NCBI GenBank assembly: GCA_963827685.1
Contig: CAWHBU010000004.1
Location: 704,001-768,000 of the forward strand
DNA from: an uncultured delta proteobacterium
GTDB lineage: Bacteria > Desulfobacterota > BSN033 > UBA1163
DNA length: 64,000 nucleotides
Reading direction: 5' to 3'
The notes beneath the pieces were generated by a model. That model was not told the origin of the DNA and did no database searches. It worked only from the letters and a program-made list of their open reading frames with translations. Made by a program: the position numbers and the translations under genes. Numbering within the stretch: the first letter of the stretch is position 1; each line of letters opens with the position of its first letter. Below, one piece after another: positions 52,480 to 61,866 of this stretch.

Positions 52480-52610
52480 GGGTTTTGGGTTACTTGGGTT
52501 TCTTGAGTTGAGAAAAATAGATGAGTTCGATGAACTGGATAAACCCAATGAACCCAATAAACCCGTTAAACTCAATAAACCCAATAAACCCAACGAACTT
52601 AATAAACTCA
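52480..52610. repeat. Inverted 9-mer arrays
   Basis: TTGGGTT(A/T)C units followed by ~9 (AAACCCAAT)-like units. Confidence 0.85.
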
Positions 52611-52626
52611 AATTTTAGACGGAGAG

Positions 52627-53520
52627 ATGAAACGAATATTATTGGTGGTTGGAGCCAAAGGAATGTTGGGAAGAGATCTGATGCGTCTCCTCCCTTCTTC
52701 TTTTCCCGATGACGAAGTCGTCGGATGGGACATCGAAGAAATCGACATCCAGAAAGAAGGTGACACCGCTTTTAAGATTGAAAAACTCCGACCAGACATC
52801 GTGGTTCACATCGCCGCCTACACCGATGTAGATGGGTGTGAAGCAAATGAGGACAAGGCTTTTTCCGTTAACGCAGAGGGAACGAAGCATGTGGCCCTGG
52901 CAACCACGAGATGCCGGGCGAAGATGGTCTACCTGAGCACCGACTATGTCTTCGATGGAAATAAGAGGGAGCCCTATGGGGAGAGTGATTCCCCACATCC
53001 TTTGAATGTCTATGGTCGCTCCAAATTGCAAGGAGAGCAATACGTTCGAGAATTGGTAAAAACCGCCCTGATCGTTCGGACCCAATGGCTCTATGGAAGA
53101 TACGGAAAAAATTTTGTGGCCTCGATTCTTCAACAAGCAAGAGAGAAGAAGGTGCTTTCCATCGTCAATGACCAGATTGGATCGCCCACTTACACCGTGG
53201 ATCTGGCCAAAGCCATTTCTGTTCTGATCCAGTTTGACGCCCAAGGGATTTTCCATGTGTCAAATAGTGATTTCTGTACATGGTATACCTTTGGACAAGC
53301 CATCTTGAATGTTTCGGGGATGAATGAGGTGAAAGTGATTCCCATCTCTTCAGAACAACTCGGTCGTCCGGCGGTTCGACCATCTTATTCTGTTTTCAAC
53401 TGTCAGAAGTTGAAAAAGGAGAGTGGATTGACTTTGCGACCATGGTCTGAGGCTCTGAAAGATTACCTCACTGCCTGTCGTCTGACGAGGGACCACCCGG
53501 AGGGCAGTGAACGGAGATAG
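52627..53520 (+). CDS. rfbD: dTDP-4-dehydrorhamnose reductase
   Basis: GAKGMLG, AAYTDVD, STDYVFDG, YGRSK, DQIGSPT. Confidence 0.96.
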   Translation: MKRILLVVGAKGMLGRDLMRLLPSSFPDDEVVGWDIEEIDIQKEGDTAFKIEKLRPDIVVHIAAYTDVDGCEANEDKAFSVNAEGTKHVALATTRCRAKMVYLSTDYVFDGNKREPYGESDSPHPLNVYGRSKLQGEQYVRELVKTALIVRTQWLYGRYGKNFVASILQQAREKKVLSIVNDQIGSPTYTVDLAKAISVLIQFDAQGIFHVSNSDFCTWYTFGQAILNVSGMNEVKVIPISSEQLGRPAVRPSYSVFNCQKLKKESGLTLRPWSEALKDYLTACRLTRDHPEGSERR

Positions 53521-53535
53521 GAAGAGAGAAAGGGG

Positions 53536-54840
53536 TTGGCAATGAACATCTGCGTTATCGGCACAGGTTATGTCGGATTGGTGACAGGAGCCTGTTTGGC
53601 AGAATTTGGGATGAATCTGATTTGCGTGGATAATGATCGTTCCAAGATCGAACTTCTCCAGCAGGGGAAAGTGACCATCCATGAACCGGGACTTGAAGAC
53701 CTGGTGGCAAAGAATATGAAGGAGGGAAGACTTTCTTTTTCGACGAGTATCGAGGAAGGTGTGAAATCGAGCCTGGTGATCTTCATCGCTGTGGGGACCC
53801 CTTCCAATTCCGATGGTTCTGCCGACCTTAAATTTGTGGAAGAAGTTGCCAAAGAAATTGCCCGATCCATGGATGGCTATAAGGTGGTCGTGGTGAAATC
53901 CACGGTTCCGGTTGGAACCTGCCGCCGAATGAAACAACTGATCAAAAACCATCAAGTCAGTCCGACTCCTTTCGATATCGTGTCCAATCCTGAATTTCAG
54001 AGGGAGGGATCGGCGATCGAAGATTTCATGCGGCCGGATCGGGTCACCATCGGTGCCGAAAGCGAACAGTCCATTGCCATCATGAAAGACATTTACAGCG
54101 CACTTTACATCATTGAGACTCCTTTTGTCATCACCTCTTTAGAGACGGCCGAGATGATCAAATACGCAGCCAACGCATTTTTAGCGACGAAAGTGAGCTT
54201 CATCAACGAGGTTGCCAACCTCTGTGAAGTGATGGGGGCGGATGTCCATCATGTAGCAAGGGCGATGGGCCTGGATGGGAGGATTGGAAAGAAGTTCCTC
54301 CACCCGGGTCCGGGTTATGGAGGATCCTGCTTCCCGAAGGACACCCGAGCCCTATCGAAGATGGCTCAGGAGAGAGGGTATTCGTTCAAAATTCTTGATG
54401 CGGTCATCAAAGTGAATGAGGAACAAAAGAAGAGGATGGTCGGTAAGATTATGGAGAAGGTAGGGGATCTGAAGGGTAAGACCATTGGGATCCTGGGCCT
54501 TTCCTTCAAGCCGAACACGGACGACGTCCGGGAATCCTCTTCGATCGTGATCATCCAGGGACTTCTGGACATGGGAGCCAAAGTGAAGGCCTTTGATCCA
54601 GCAGCCATGGAGGAAAGCAAAGCGATTTTTCCGGACATCGAGTATGGGAAGGATGCTTACGATGTGGCCAGAGGGGTCGATGCATTGGTTCTGGCGACAG
54701 AGTGGAATCAATTTCGGCGTTTGGATCTTCAACGCATCAAAGGACTGCTCAAAAACCCGGTCTTCGTTGATTTGAGAAATGTCTATGATCCGGATCAGAT
54801 GAAACGATTAGGGTTTCATTACTGCGGCGTTGGAAGATGA
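53536..54840 (+). CDS. ugd: UDP-glucose 6-dehydrogenase
   Basis: GTGYVG, KSTVPVG, NPEF, GGSCFPKD, FKPNTDD. Confidence 0.95.
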   Translation: MAMNICVIGTGYVGLVTGACLAEFGMNLICVDNDRSKIELLQQGKVTIHEPGLEDLVAKNMKEGRLSFSTSIEEGVKSSLVIFIAVGTPSNSDGSADLKFVEEVAKEIARSMDGYKVVVVKSTVPVGTCRRMKQLIKNHQVSPTPFDIVSNPEFQREGSAIEDFMRPDRVTIGAESEQSIAIMKDIYSALYIIETPFVITSLETAEMIKYAANAFLATKVSFINEVANLCEVMGADVHHVARAMGLDGRIGKKFLHPGPGYGGSCFPKDTRALSKMAQERGYSFKILDAVIKVNEEQKKRMVGKIMEKVGDLKGKTIGILGLSFKPNTDDVRESSSIVIIQGLLDMGAKVKAFDPAAMEESKAIFPDIEYGKDAYDVARGVDALVLATEWNQFRRLDLQRIKGLLKNPVFVDLRNVYDPDQMKRLGFHYCGVGR

Positions 54841-55619
54841 GGGTGGTATTGGCTCTCTCTGAAAAGGACTGGATCTTTATTTCCGATGCTCATTTCACCG
54901 GACGAGACCCTGAACCCATAGAGGCATTTCTCAGATTCTTAGATTCAGAGAAAAAGCAGATCGGCCACCTGTTGATCCTGGGCGACCTTTTCGAATTCTT
55001 CTTCGGTTTTAAACATTTTTTCTCAACCGGGAAGTCTTCGGCCTTTACGGACTACCTTCCCGTGCTCGATAAGCTGCAAAGTCTGTATCACGAAGGAATC
55101 CGAATCAAATATTTCGAGGGGAATCACGATTTTTTTCTTCATTCCTTTTTTTCAGAACAATTTGGGATGGAGGTCGAAGTCTATCCCGGTGGGTGTGAGG
55201 AAAGGTTGGATGGAAAGAGAGCTTTTATCGCCCATGGCGATTTATCGAATCCAAGACAGTGGATTGATCGGGCTTTCCGGAGACTCCTCAAAAACCCGTT
55301 GACTTATCATCTCATCCAGGTGGCAGGTCCTCGGATTTCTCGACGGGTTGCCCGAAAGTTAAGTGACATGAGCTATCAAAAATATCATAACGATATCGAA
55401 CCCACTTCCCCTCCAGCTTTCAAGGCGTTTGCCCATCAGAAGTTTTTGGAAGGGTTTGAGATCGTCATCCTCGGCCACTCTCATTTTCCGGAGGAGGTTG
55501 AAGAACGGATTGATGGAAGGAAATGTCTTTATTATAATGTTGGCGATTGGATGGTCCACCGGTCCTTCTTGCGTTTTACCCCTCCTGATCGATTTGAGTT
55601 GGGTAGATATGTTGGTTGA
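54837..55619 (+). CDS. lpxH: UDP-2,3-diacylglucosamine diphosphatase
   Basis: SDAH, GDLF, GNHD, HGD, GHSH; lipid A gene context. Confidence 0.8.
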   Translation: MRVVLALSEKDWIFISDAHFTGRDPEPIEAFLRFLDSEKKQIGHLLILGDLFEFFFGFKHFFSTGKSSAFTDYLPVLDKLQSLYHEGIRIKYFEGNHDFFLHSFFSEQFGMEVEVYPGGCEERLDGKRAFIAHGDLSNPRQWIDRAFRRLLKNPLTYHLIQVAGPRISRRVARKLSDMSYQKYHNDIEPTSPPAFKAFAHQKFLEGFEIVILGHSHFPEEVEERIDGRKCLYYNVGDWMVHRSFLRFTPPDRFELGRYVG

Positions 55620-55642
55620 GAAAGATAGCGGAATGAATTCGA

Positions 55643-55700
55643 ATTTTAGATTTCGGATTTTGGAATTTAGTTCCACATTCCACAATCCGCATTCCGCAAT
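55643..55700. repeat. Gene-less inverted heptamer arrays
   Basis: atttcgg attttgg ... ccacatt ccacaat ccgcatt ccgcaat. Confidence 0.8.
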
Positions 55701-55710
55701 CGAGTGAGAT

Positions 55711-56313
55711 ATGGCAAACAAGGCAGTCTTTCTTGATCGGGACGGAACCATCAATGAAGAGATGGGATATGTGAACCATCTCGAACGGTTTCATCTCCTT
55801 CCCCGTGTGGGTCAGGCGATTCGATTGTTGAACCAACATAAATGGAAAGCGGTGGTGATCACCAATCAGTCCGGTGTGGCGAGAGGATATTTCCCCGAAT
55901 CCCTGATTCATCAGGTCCACCAAAAGATGCGGGACCTCCTAAAGAGGGAGGGAGCTTATCTCGATGGAATCTACTACTGTCCGCATCATCCTGATATCGG
56001 GATTCCTCCTTATCGGCAGAAGTGCCGATGTCGAAAGCCGGCAACGGGATTGATCGAAGAGGCTGTGAAGGAATTGGATCTTGACTGCTCGCAAAGTTAT
56101 ATGGTCGGGGATCGGGGGTTGGATATTGAGTTTGCCCACCAAGTGGGAGCCAGGGCGATCCTGGTCCTCACCGGATATGGAAAGGGAGAATGGGAATATT
56201 TTAGGGACCAGTGGAAGGTAAAGCCCGATTATGTGGCCGCAGATCTCTTGGAGGCGGCTCAGTGGATTCTTCTTCAAGAATCGCATAAAACGAAATTAGA
56301 AAAAGGAGAATAA
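55711..56313 (+). CDS. gmhB: D-glycero-D-manno-heptose 1,7-bisphosphate phosphatase
   Basis: FLDRDGT, TNQSG, CPHHP, CRKP, MVGD. Confidence 0.92.
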   Translation: MANKAVFLDRDGTINEEMGYVNHLERFHLLPRVGQAIRLLNQHKWKAVVITNQSGVARGYFPESLIHQVHQKMRDLLKREGAYLDGIYYCPHHPDIGIPPYRQKCRCRKPATGLIEEAVKELDLDCSQSYMVGDRGLDIEFAHQVGARAILVLTGYGKGEWEYFRDQWKVKPDYVAADLLEAAQWILLQESHKTKLEKGE

Positions 56314-56314
56314 A

Positions 56315-56497
56315 ATGCCCATCAGTAAAGAACTCTTGGAAATTTTGGCTTGCCCGAAATGCAAGGGAGATATTTTCTTGAATCGCAAAGGAGATGGCTT
56401 AATCTGCAAAGCCTGTCACTTGCTCTATCCCATTAAAGATGATATCCCCGTGATGTTGATTGATGAGGCCCTTCCCTATCAAGGAGAAGAGGGGTAG
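56315..56497 (+). CDS. Trm112/YcaR family protein
   Basis: LLEILACPKCKG...YPI.DDIPVML. Confidence 0.9.
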   Translation: MPISKELLEILACPKCKGDIFLNRKGDGLICKACHLLYPIKDDIPVMLIDEALPYQGEEG

Positions 56498-56500
56498 ACC

Positions 56501-56576
56501 AATTCGGATTTCGGAATGCGGACTGCGGATTTGTAGTTTCAATTTAAAATTTGAAATTTGAAATCTAAAATCTAAA
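56501..56576. repeat. Gene-less inverted heptamer arrays
   Basis: aattcgg atttcgg aatgcgg actgcgg ... tttgaaa tctaaaa tctaaaa. Confidence 0.8.
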
Positions 56577-57473
56577 ATGACCTCTTTTCTCATCTACTTG
56601 GTCCTTAGAGCGTTCAGCTTCGTTGCTAATCTCCTTCCAGAAGATTTCGCGCTCTGGCTGGGGAGGCAGATGGGGAATGCGATATACTACCTGGATCTGG
56701 AACATCGAAAGGTAGCCTTTCAAAATCTTCATACTGCTTTTGGTCAGGAGAAATCAGCGAGTGAGATGCGAGGCATTGCCAGGAGGGCCTTCCAAAATCT
56801 GGGAATGATGGCCGTTGAGTTCTTTCGAATTCCCAGGATGGATGTGAAAACATTCAAGGAAAGAGTTAAAATAGAAGGGTTGGAGGAGGCACTGAGGCTT
56901 CTCGAGAAGAAGAAGGGGGCACTTCTTCTCATCGGCCATTTCGGGAATTGGGAATTAATGGGTTTGATGTCGAAGGTGATCGGAAGTCCGATCATGGTAA
57001 TTGCGAAACCCATGAAAAGGAATGAATGGGTGGATCAGTTCATTACAAAAATTAGAAACGCGTCAGGCCTTGAAGTCGTTTCCACCATAAACGCGAGCAG
57101 AAAAGTGATGAAGGCACTTTCTCAAAATCGAGTGGTCGGGATCTTAATTGATCAGAGAGCGAAGCGAAGCGAAGGCATATGGGTTGACTTTTTTGGAAGA
57201 AAGGCACCGACAACCCCTGGTTTAGCTGTCCTGGCAATGAAGACCCGTGCTTCTGTTCTGCCGGTTTTTTTGGTTCGAGATGGGTTTCAAAAACATCGTC
57301 TCATTATTAAGGAGCCGCTTGTATTGATCCATACCGGTGATATCAAGAAAGATGTGGAAGCCAATACGCAACTCTTCAACCATACTCTTGAATCAATGAT
57401 CCGTCAATACCCTGATCAATGGTTCTGGGTGCATCGGAGATGGGAGAGAAAAGCGAGGGTTTATCACCGATGA
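56577..57473 (+). CDS. lpxL: Lipid A late acyltransferase
   Basis: GHFGNWE, LIDQ, FFG, PDQWFWVHRRW. Confidence 0.88.
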   Translation: MTSFLIYLVLRAFSFVANLLPEDFALWLGRQMGNAIYYLDLEHRKVAFQNLHTAFGQEKSASEMRGIARRAFQNLGMMAVEFFRIPRMDVKTFKERVKIEGLEEALRLLEKKKGALLLIGHFGNWELMGLMSKVIGSPIMVIAKPMKRNEWVDQFITKIRNASGLEVVSTINASRKVMKALSQNRVVGILIDQRAKRSEGIWVDFFGRKAPTTPGLAVLAMKTRASVLPVFLVRDGFQKHRLIIKEPLVLIHTGDIKKDVEANTQLFNHTLESMIRQYPDQWFWVHRRWERKARVYHR

Positions 57474-57754
57474 AAAACCTTCCCCAGAAAAGAAGTGAGA
57501 TCTCTCCAACAAGAAACCCGAAGAGCGAGAAGCACACTTACCTTCGCGTTGGGGATAAGGTGTTTCATAAGAAGTTTAAATCTTGGGGAGGTGGGATCGT
57601 GCTCGAAACATGGTCCTCTGATTTGCCCGGTGGGACGTGTTTTGTTCGAATCCTCTTCCAAGATGGAAAACAGAGGGTCTTCGATAATAATTTTGATAGC
57701 GTCTGCTGCTGTTGTCATACAGGAATCACACTCATTAATCGCGTCGAATTATAG
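57470..57754 (+). CDS. Small SH3-like protein (DUF3553-like)
   Basis: GDKVFH...WG.G.V...F.DG..R; ATG overlaps the lpxL stop. Confidence 0.65.
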   Translation: MKNLPQKRSEISPTRNPKSEKHTYLRVGDKVFHKKFKSWGGGIVLETWSSDLPGGTCFVRILFQDGKQRVFDNNFDSVCCCCHTGITLINRVEL

Positions 57755-58314
57755 ATTCGTTTCTTTCTCCTCCGAATTGACATCAAATCAGTTCAAGAAA
57801 TCATTTCTCATTCTTGGCCCCTTCCGACTCATTTCATCTTGTGGACATTGCAGGCTTGCCAACTCTGCTTCTTTCTCCTTGATTCACGTTTCAACGGGCT
57901 GTTGCTCAAATAACTTTTGAAAGCATTATACATACAGCATATAAGGATGGCAATACAACTTTATTGGATGTTTTTATGAGATTTCGGACTCCCCAGAAGA
58001 CGGGGGAGAGGGAGAGACTGGGGGCAAAAGATCATAGAACCCTGCAAATCAGGCCCTTTAGATATTCTCTTTCGGGATGGCATGGATTGATCAGATGATC
58101 CGAGGGATGTCCCATTCGACCTATGGGGAAAGGCGATGGTCACATTTTGAAGGGTTTAAGAAAAAAGGGGTTAAAGTTTTTGGGCTACGACTATTGGTTA
58201 GGAAATAAGTTTCAAATCCCCCCAACCCCCCTTTTCTAAAGGGGGGGCGAGGCGGGATTGGCGATTTTTCTCGCCAAGTGCGGGATTCTTGGTGGCGAAG
58301 CCGTCATGATCGAT

Positions 58315-58653
58315 TCACTCCTTCCCTTCACTTAAATACTTTCCGAGGAGTTCACGGGTGTGTTCGTCATCGTGACAGTAAACGCACAGGTTCTCCCAGT
58401 TCGATCCATCGGGAGGATTATTCAAGTGATTTCCATCTTTGTGGTGGACCGTCAAGAGATGCCTCGTCTTTTCATCGAACTCTCTTCCGCATTTGGCACA
58501 GATGAGGCCATGTATCTTGAGGGAGCGTTCTCGATAATCACTTTGTGGAGGCGCGGTTTTCTTCAATTTCTGAAGCGTCTCATCAATGGACTGATAATCT
58601 TCTGTCTTTTGAGGCGGTCGCTTATGATGAATTCGATAAGGTCTGTTTTTCAT
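58315..58653 (-). CDS. yajD: YajD-family HNH nuclease
   Basis: YRERSLK, C..C, LTVHHKDG.H.NNPPDGSNWENLC.YCHD.EH. Confidence 0.88.
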   Translation of the reverse strand: MKNRPYRIHHKRPPQKTEDYQSIDETLQKLKKTAPPQSDYRERSLKIHGLICAKCGREFDEKTRHLLTVHHKDGNHLNNPPDGSNWENLCVYCHDDEHTRELLGKYLSEGKE

Positions 58654-58692
58654 GCAAAAGACTTCCTTTTTAATTAAGAATAATTGAGGACT

Positions 58693-58742
58693 CCCCTCAC
58701 CCTCCCCCTCTCCCCCGCTGGGAAGAGGGGGAGGGTGAGGGG
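58693..58742. repeat. C-run/G-run hairpin repeat family
   Basis: CCCCTCACCCTCCCCCTC...GAGGGGGAGGGTGAGGGG; relatives near 7895, 10120, 17406, 50764 and 58216. Confidence 0.75.
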
Positions 58743-58798
58743 GTCTAACATGAGGCTAATTTCTGTTCCATTGCTTATGCGAAAGTCAATACTTGTGT

Positions 58799-59401
58799 TT
58801 ACTCGGTGACAATGTCAACCGTCATTTCGATTCTATCCTTTGGATTATCGTTGACATCTCTGGGTTTGGATACAATTTTATCCACGACCTCCATTCCCTT
58901 CACCACCTCACCAAACACGGTATATTGTCCATCCAGAAAAGAACTATCGGCCACACAGATGAAGAATTGCGAACCGGCACTGTCCGGGTGGGCAGACCTT
59001 GCCATGGAAAGCGTTCCTCGTCGATGAGGTTTTTTGTTAAACTCAGCTTTGATTTGATAGCCCGGACCTCCCATACCATGTTTTGAGCGGTCCGGGTTTT
59101 TTGAGTTTGGATCCCCTCCTTGGATGACGAACCTGGGCACTACTCTGTGGAAAGTCGTCCCATTGTAAAAACCTTTTTTGGTAAGCTCGATGAAGTTATT
59201 CACGTGATTGGGTGCGACTTCGGGAAAAAACTTTAAAGTAATATCTCCTAAATTTGTGCGGATGATCGCTTGCTGTTCGGACATCTTCTTGACCTCCTCA
59301 GACGAGAATTTTTTGTATCGCACTTCTTGTGAAAAAGATTCAGACATGAATAGGGTTAGGAAAAACGCAAGAAATATCGGGATCAACAAGATGTTTTTCA
59401 T
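58799..59401 (-). CDS. Exported cyclophilin-type peptidyl-prolyl isomerase
   Basis: FHRVV..F.IQGGDP, SMAR, GSQFFI, YTVFG; signal peptide. Confidence 0.93.
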   Translation of the reverse strand: MKNILLIPIFLAFFLTLFMSESFSQEVRYKKFSSEEVKKMSEQQAIIRTNLGDITLKFFPEVAPNHVNNFIELTKKGFYNGTTFHRVVPRFVIQGGDPNSKNPDRSKHGMGGPGYQIKAEFNKKPHRRGTLSMARSAHPDSAGSQFFICVADSSFLDGQYTVFGEVVKGMEVVDKIVSKPRDVNDNPKDRIEMTVDIVTE

Positions 59402-59470
59402 TTGATCGCCTCTCTATTCTCTTCCTGATTTATTACTCGGAGCAGATGATAGTTTGGATTGCGACAAAAA

Positions 59471-59610
59471 TGTCATTGCGAGCGCAGCCCTGCACCCGAT
59501 GGTTTTCAGGGCGGAGCGAAGCAATCCCTTGAGATTGCCACGCTTGCGCGCCGTAGCGCTTCAGCGCGCAGGCACGTTGTCCCGCCAAAGCGGGACTCCT
59601 CGCAATGACC
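59471..59610. repeat. GTCATTGCGAG...CTCGCAATGAC repeat with nested inserts
   Basis: Same family as 20338-20401. Confidence 0.7.
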
Positions 59611-59747
59611 GCATTTGTTCTTTCGAAGTAAATTACTTCATGCTCCCTTTAATAAATTCCAGTCGCAGGGTTATTACCAGACCTCAACGTTATCTCTGTT
59701 CTGCTTTGAGAAAGTTTCCTTCTCCCCTTCGTCGAGGAGATCAATTC

Positions 59748-60119
59748 TCACTTTTTTTCTGTTGGGTAACTGGCCTTAAGCCATTCCCTCCACCCACCTT
59801 TGAGAGCATAGACCTTCGTATATCCCATTCCCATCAGCTTTTGTGCCGCACGGGCACTGGTGCCTTCGTGGGGTCAGGCGCAGTAGAAGACGAGGGTCTT
59901 ATCCTTGAGATACTTATTCGCCCAGGAATCAATGGCTTCAGGATCTTCTCGAACAGCCCCTTTAATCTTCAAGTCGCTACCTGTCCAGTCCATACCGTGG
60001 CGGACATCTATGATGATCAAATTAGGGTTGCCGAGCATTGCCTTGAGCTCTTCCTTCGTCATTCTGGGGGCATCCGTAGACTTTGCCAATGTCGTGCATC
60101 CCCCAACCATAAATAACAT
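59748..60119 (-). pseudogene. Rhodanese-like selenoprotein (YCAU), 3' part; 5' end separated by IS256
   Basis: In-frame TGA at 59874-59876 followed by 41 codons completing the fold (PHEGTSARAAQ...ALKGGWREW); hairpin just after TGA. Confidence 0.85.
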
Positions 60120-60127
60120 AAATAAAA

Positions 60128-61573
60128 GAGGGTGTGCTAAATTTAGTTGAAATTTGAGAAGTGGCTCCTAAAATGGTGGTAATCTCTTACTTTGGGAAGA
60201 AAAAGAAAAACCACCAAGAAAGGAGCCAGTGATGGAGAAGATATTACGGATTGGTAGAGGTGTCAAGGTTAGGCGGGCGCGGGTGAAAGAGATTTGTGAT
60301 AGGGGATTGAAGCAGATGGATGTGGATATGAAGATAGAGTTAATCCAGGCATTGATCCCCGTAGGGTTGTGGCATGTGAAGGAGGTTTTGGAGGAAGAAG
60401 TCAGAAGTTTAGCTGGGGAAAGATATAAGCGCCGGGGGGTTCCTGGGTATGATCGTTGGGGGAGCCAAGGGGGGTCAGTTTATCTATCGGATCAGAAGCT
60501 TCCGATCTTGGTGCCAAGGGTGAGAGATAGGCGTGGGGGGAAAGAGGTACGGTTAAAGAGTTATGAGCGGTTACAGGAGCCTCGTGGGGCAGATGAAGGG
60601 GTATTGAGACGAGTTCTCCATGGATTAAGTTGTCGGAACTATGAGGAGTGTGCGGAAGCGGTGCCGGAGGCTTTTGGTTTGAGTGGTTCGACGATTTCGA
60701 GGCGATACATTCGAGTCAGCGCAAAAGCGCTCAAGGAGCTTTGCGAGCGTCGATTGGAGGGGTATGATTTTGTAGCATTGATTCTGGATGGGAAGAGTTT
60801 TGGTGCAGATGAGATGATTTTGGTATTGGGGATTACCGTCAAAGGGGAGAAGATTCTTTTAGGATTTATTCAGGCGGGGACGGAGAATGAGCGGGTTGGC
60901 CGGGAAATGCTCCAGGGGTTGCTGGAGCGTGGGCTAGAGATGGAAGAAGGGTTTTTATGTGTGATTGATGGATCGAAAGGGTTGAGGAAAGCGGTGTATG
61001 AAGTTTTTGGGAATAAAGCCTTGGTGCAGCGATGCCAGTGGCACAAGCGGGAGAATGTGGTGAGTTATCTTCCGAAGGCGATGCAGGCTTCGATGAGGCG
61101 GAAGCTTCAAGAGGCCTATGAGGAGCCCATCTATGAAAGGGCGAAGGAGAGACTGTTAAAGATTCGTAAGGAACTGCAGCTGCTCAACCGATCGGCGGTC
61201 AATAGTTTAGACGAAGGATGTGAAGAGACCTTGACGCTGCATCGTTTGGGACTCCTTAGAGAATGTGGAATCAGCTTTAAAACCACGAACTGTATCGAAT
61301 CCTTGATGGCGCTCATTGGTCAGAAGACCGACAAGGTCGATTATTGGAAGAATAGTGATCAGAAGCATCGGTGGTTAGCCGCAGCCCTTTTAGATATTGA
61401 GCCGAGACTTAGAAAGGTCAAGGGTTACAGATATCTTCCACAGTTAAGAATTTCTATCCAGAGGGAGATTGCGAGACAGGGAGGAAAACAAGAAATGCCG
61501 AAGGTGGCGGAGGCGGCCTGATGAACTCAACAAGGAGCCATTATCGAATTTCAACTAAAAAAGGTATTGACTC
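60128..61573 (+). mobile_element. IS256-family insertion sequence
   Basis: Imperfect TIRs sharing GAG...TTTAGTTGAAATT...TGGCTCC; 8-bp TSD AAATAAAA at 60120-60127 and 61574-61581. Confidence 0.92.
60229..61521 (+). CDS. IS256 (mutator-type) transposase
   Basis: PRVR, LDG, IDGSKGL, QRCQWHK, TTNCIES. Confidence 0.93.
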   Translation: MMEKILRIGRGVKVRRARVKEICDRGLKQMDVDMKIELIQALIPVGLWHVKEVLEEEVRSLAGERYKRRGVPGYDRWGSQGGSVYLSDQKLPILVPRVRDRRGGKEVRLKSYERLQEPRGADEGVLRRVLHGLSCRNYEECAEAVPEAFGLSGSTISRRYIRVSAKALKELCERRLEGYDFVALILDGKSFGADEMILVLGITVKGEKILLGFIQAGTENERVGREMLQGLLERGLEMEEGFLCVIDGSKGLRKAVYEVFGNKALVQRCQWHKRENVVSYLPKAMQASMRRKLQEAYEEPIYERAKERLLKIRKELQLLNRSAVNSLDEGCEETLTLHRLGLLRECGISFKTTNCIESLMALIGQKTDKVDYWKNSDQKHRWLAAALLDIEPRLRKVKGYRYLPQLRISIQREIARQGGKQEMPKVAEAA

Positions 61574-61615
61574 AAATAAAATGATTAAGGTGGCGATAAA
61601 TAATCTCTTTTTCGT
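61574..61615 (-). pseudogene. Detached signal-peptide fragment of the rhodanese gene
   Basis: AAGGAGG RBS, then ACG-KKRLFIATLIILF, in frame with MLFMVGGC once the IS is removed. Confidence 0.75.
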
Positions 61616-61866
61616 CCTATACCTCCTTGCTTGAATAGCGCAATTCCTTGGAACGAAGAAATGAATATAAACTAAACTTAACAAACGAACACCCCGAAAT
61701 CAACCGAAATCAAAAAAGGGGGGATAAAAATCGCTTGTTTAGGTACGAAAAATTTGGTATCTATGTATCTATGGAAAGGCGCTAAGCGCTTAGCCTGCCT
61801 TCGCCGAAACGCTTCGTGCAGGCAGGCGCTATGCGCATAGCGAGTTTAATTCGACGAAGGAGGTAG

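Noticed and set aside
52521-52712. ORF with NPINPMNP repeats
   Set aside because: It is the translation of the 9-mer intergenic array.
59454-60116. 220-aa plus-strand ORF
   Set aside because: It is antisense to the rhodanese gene and begins inside a repeat cluster.
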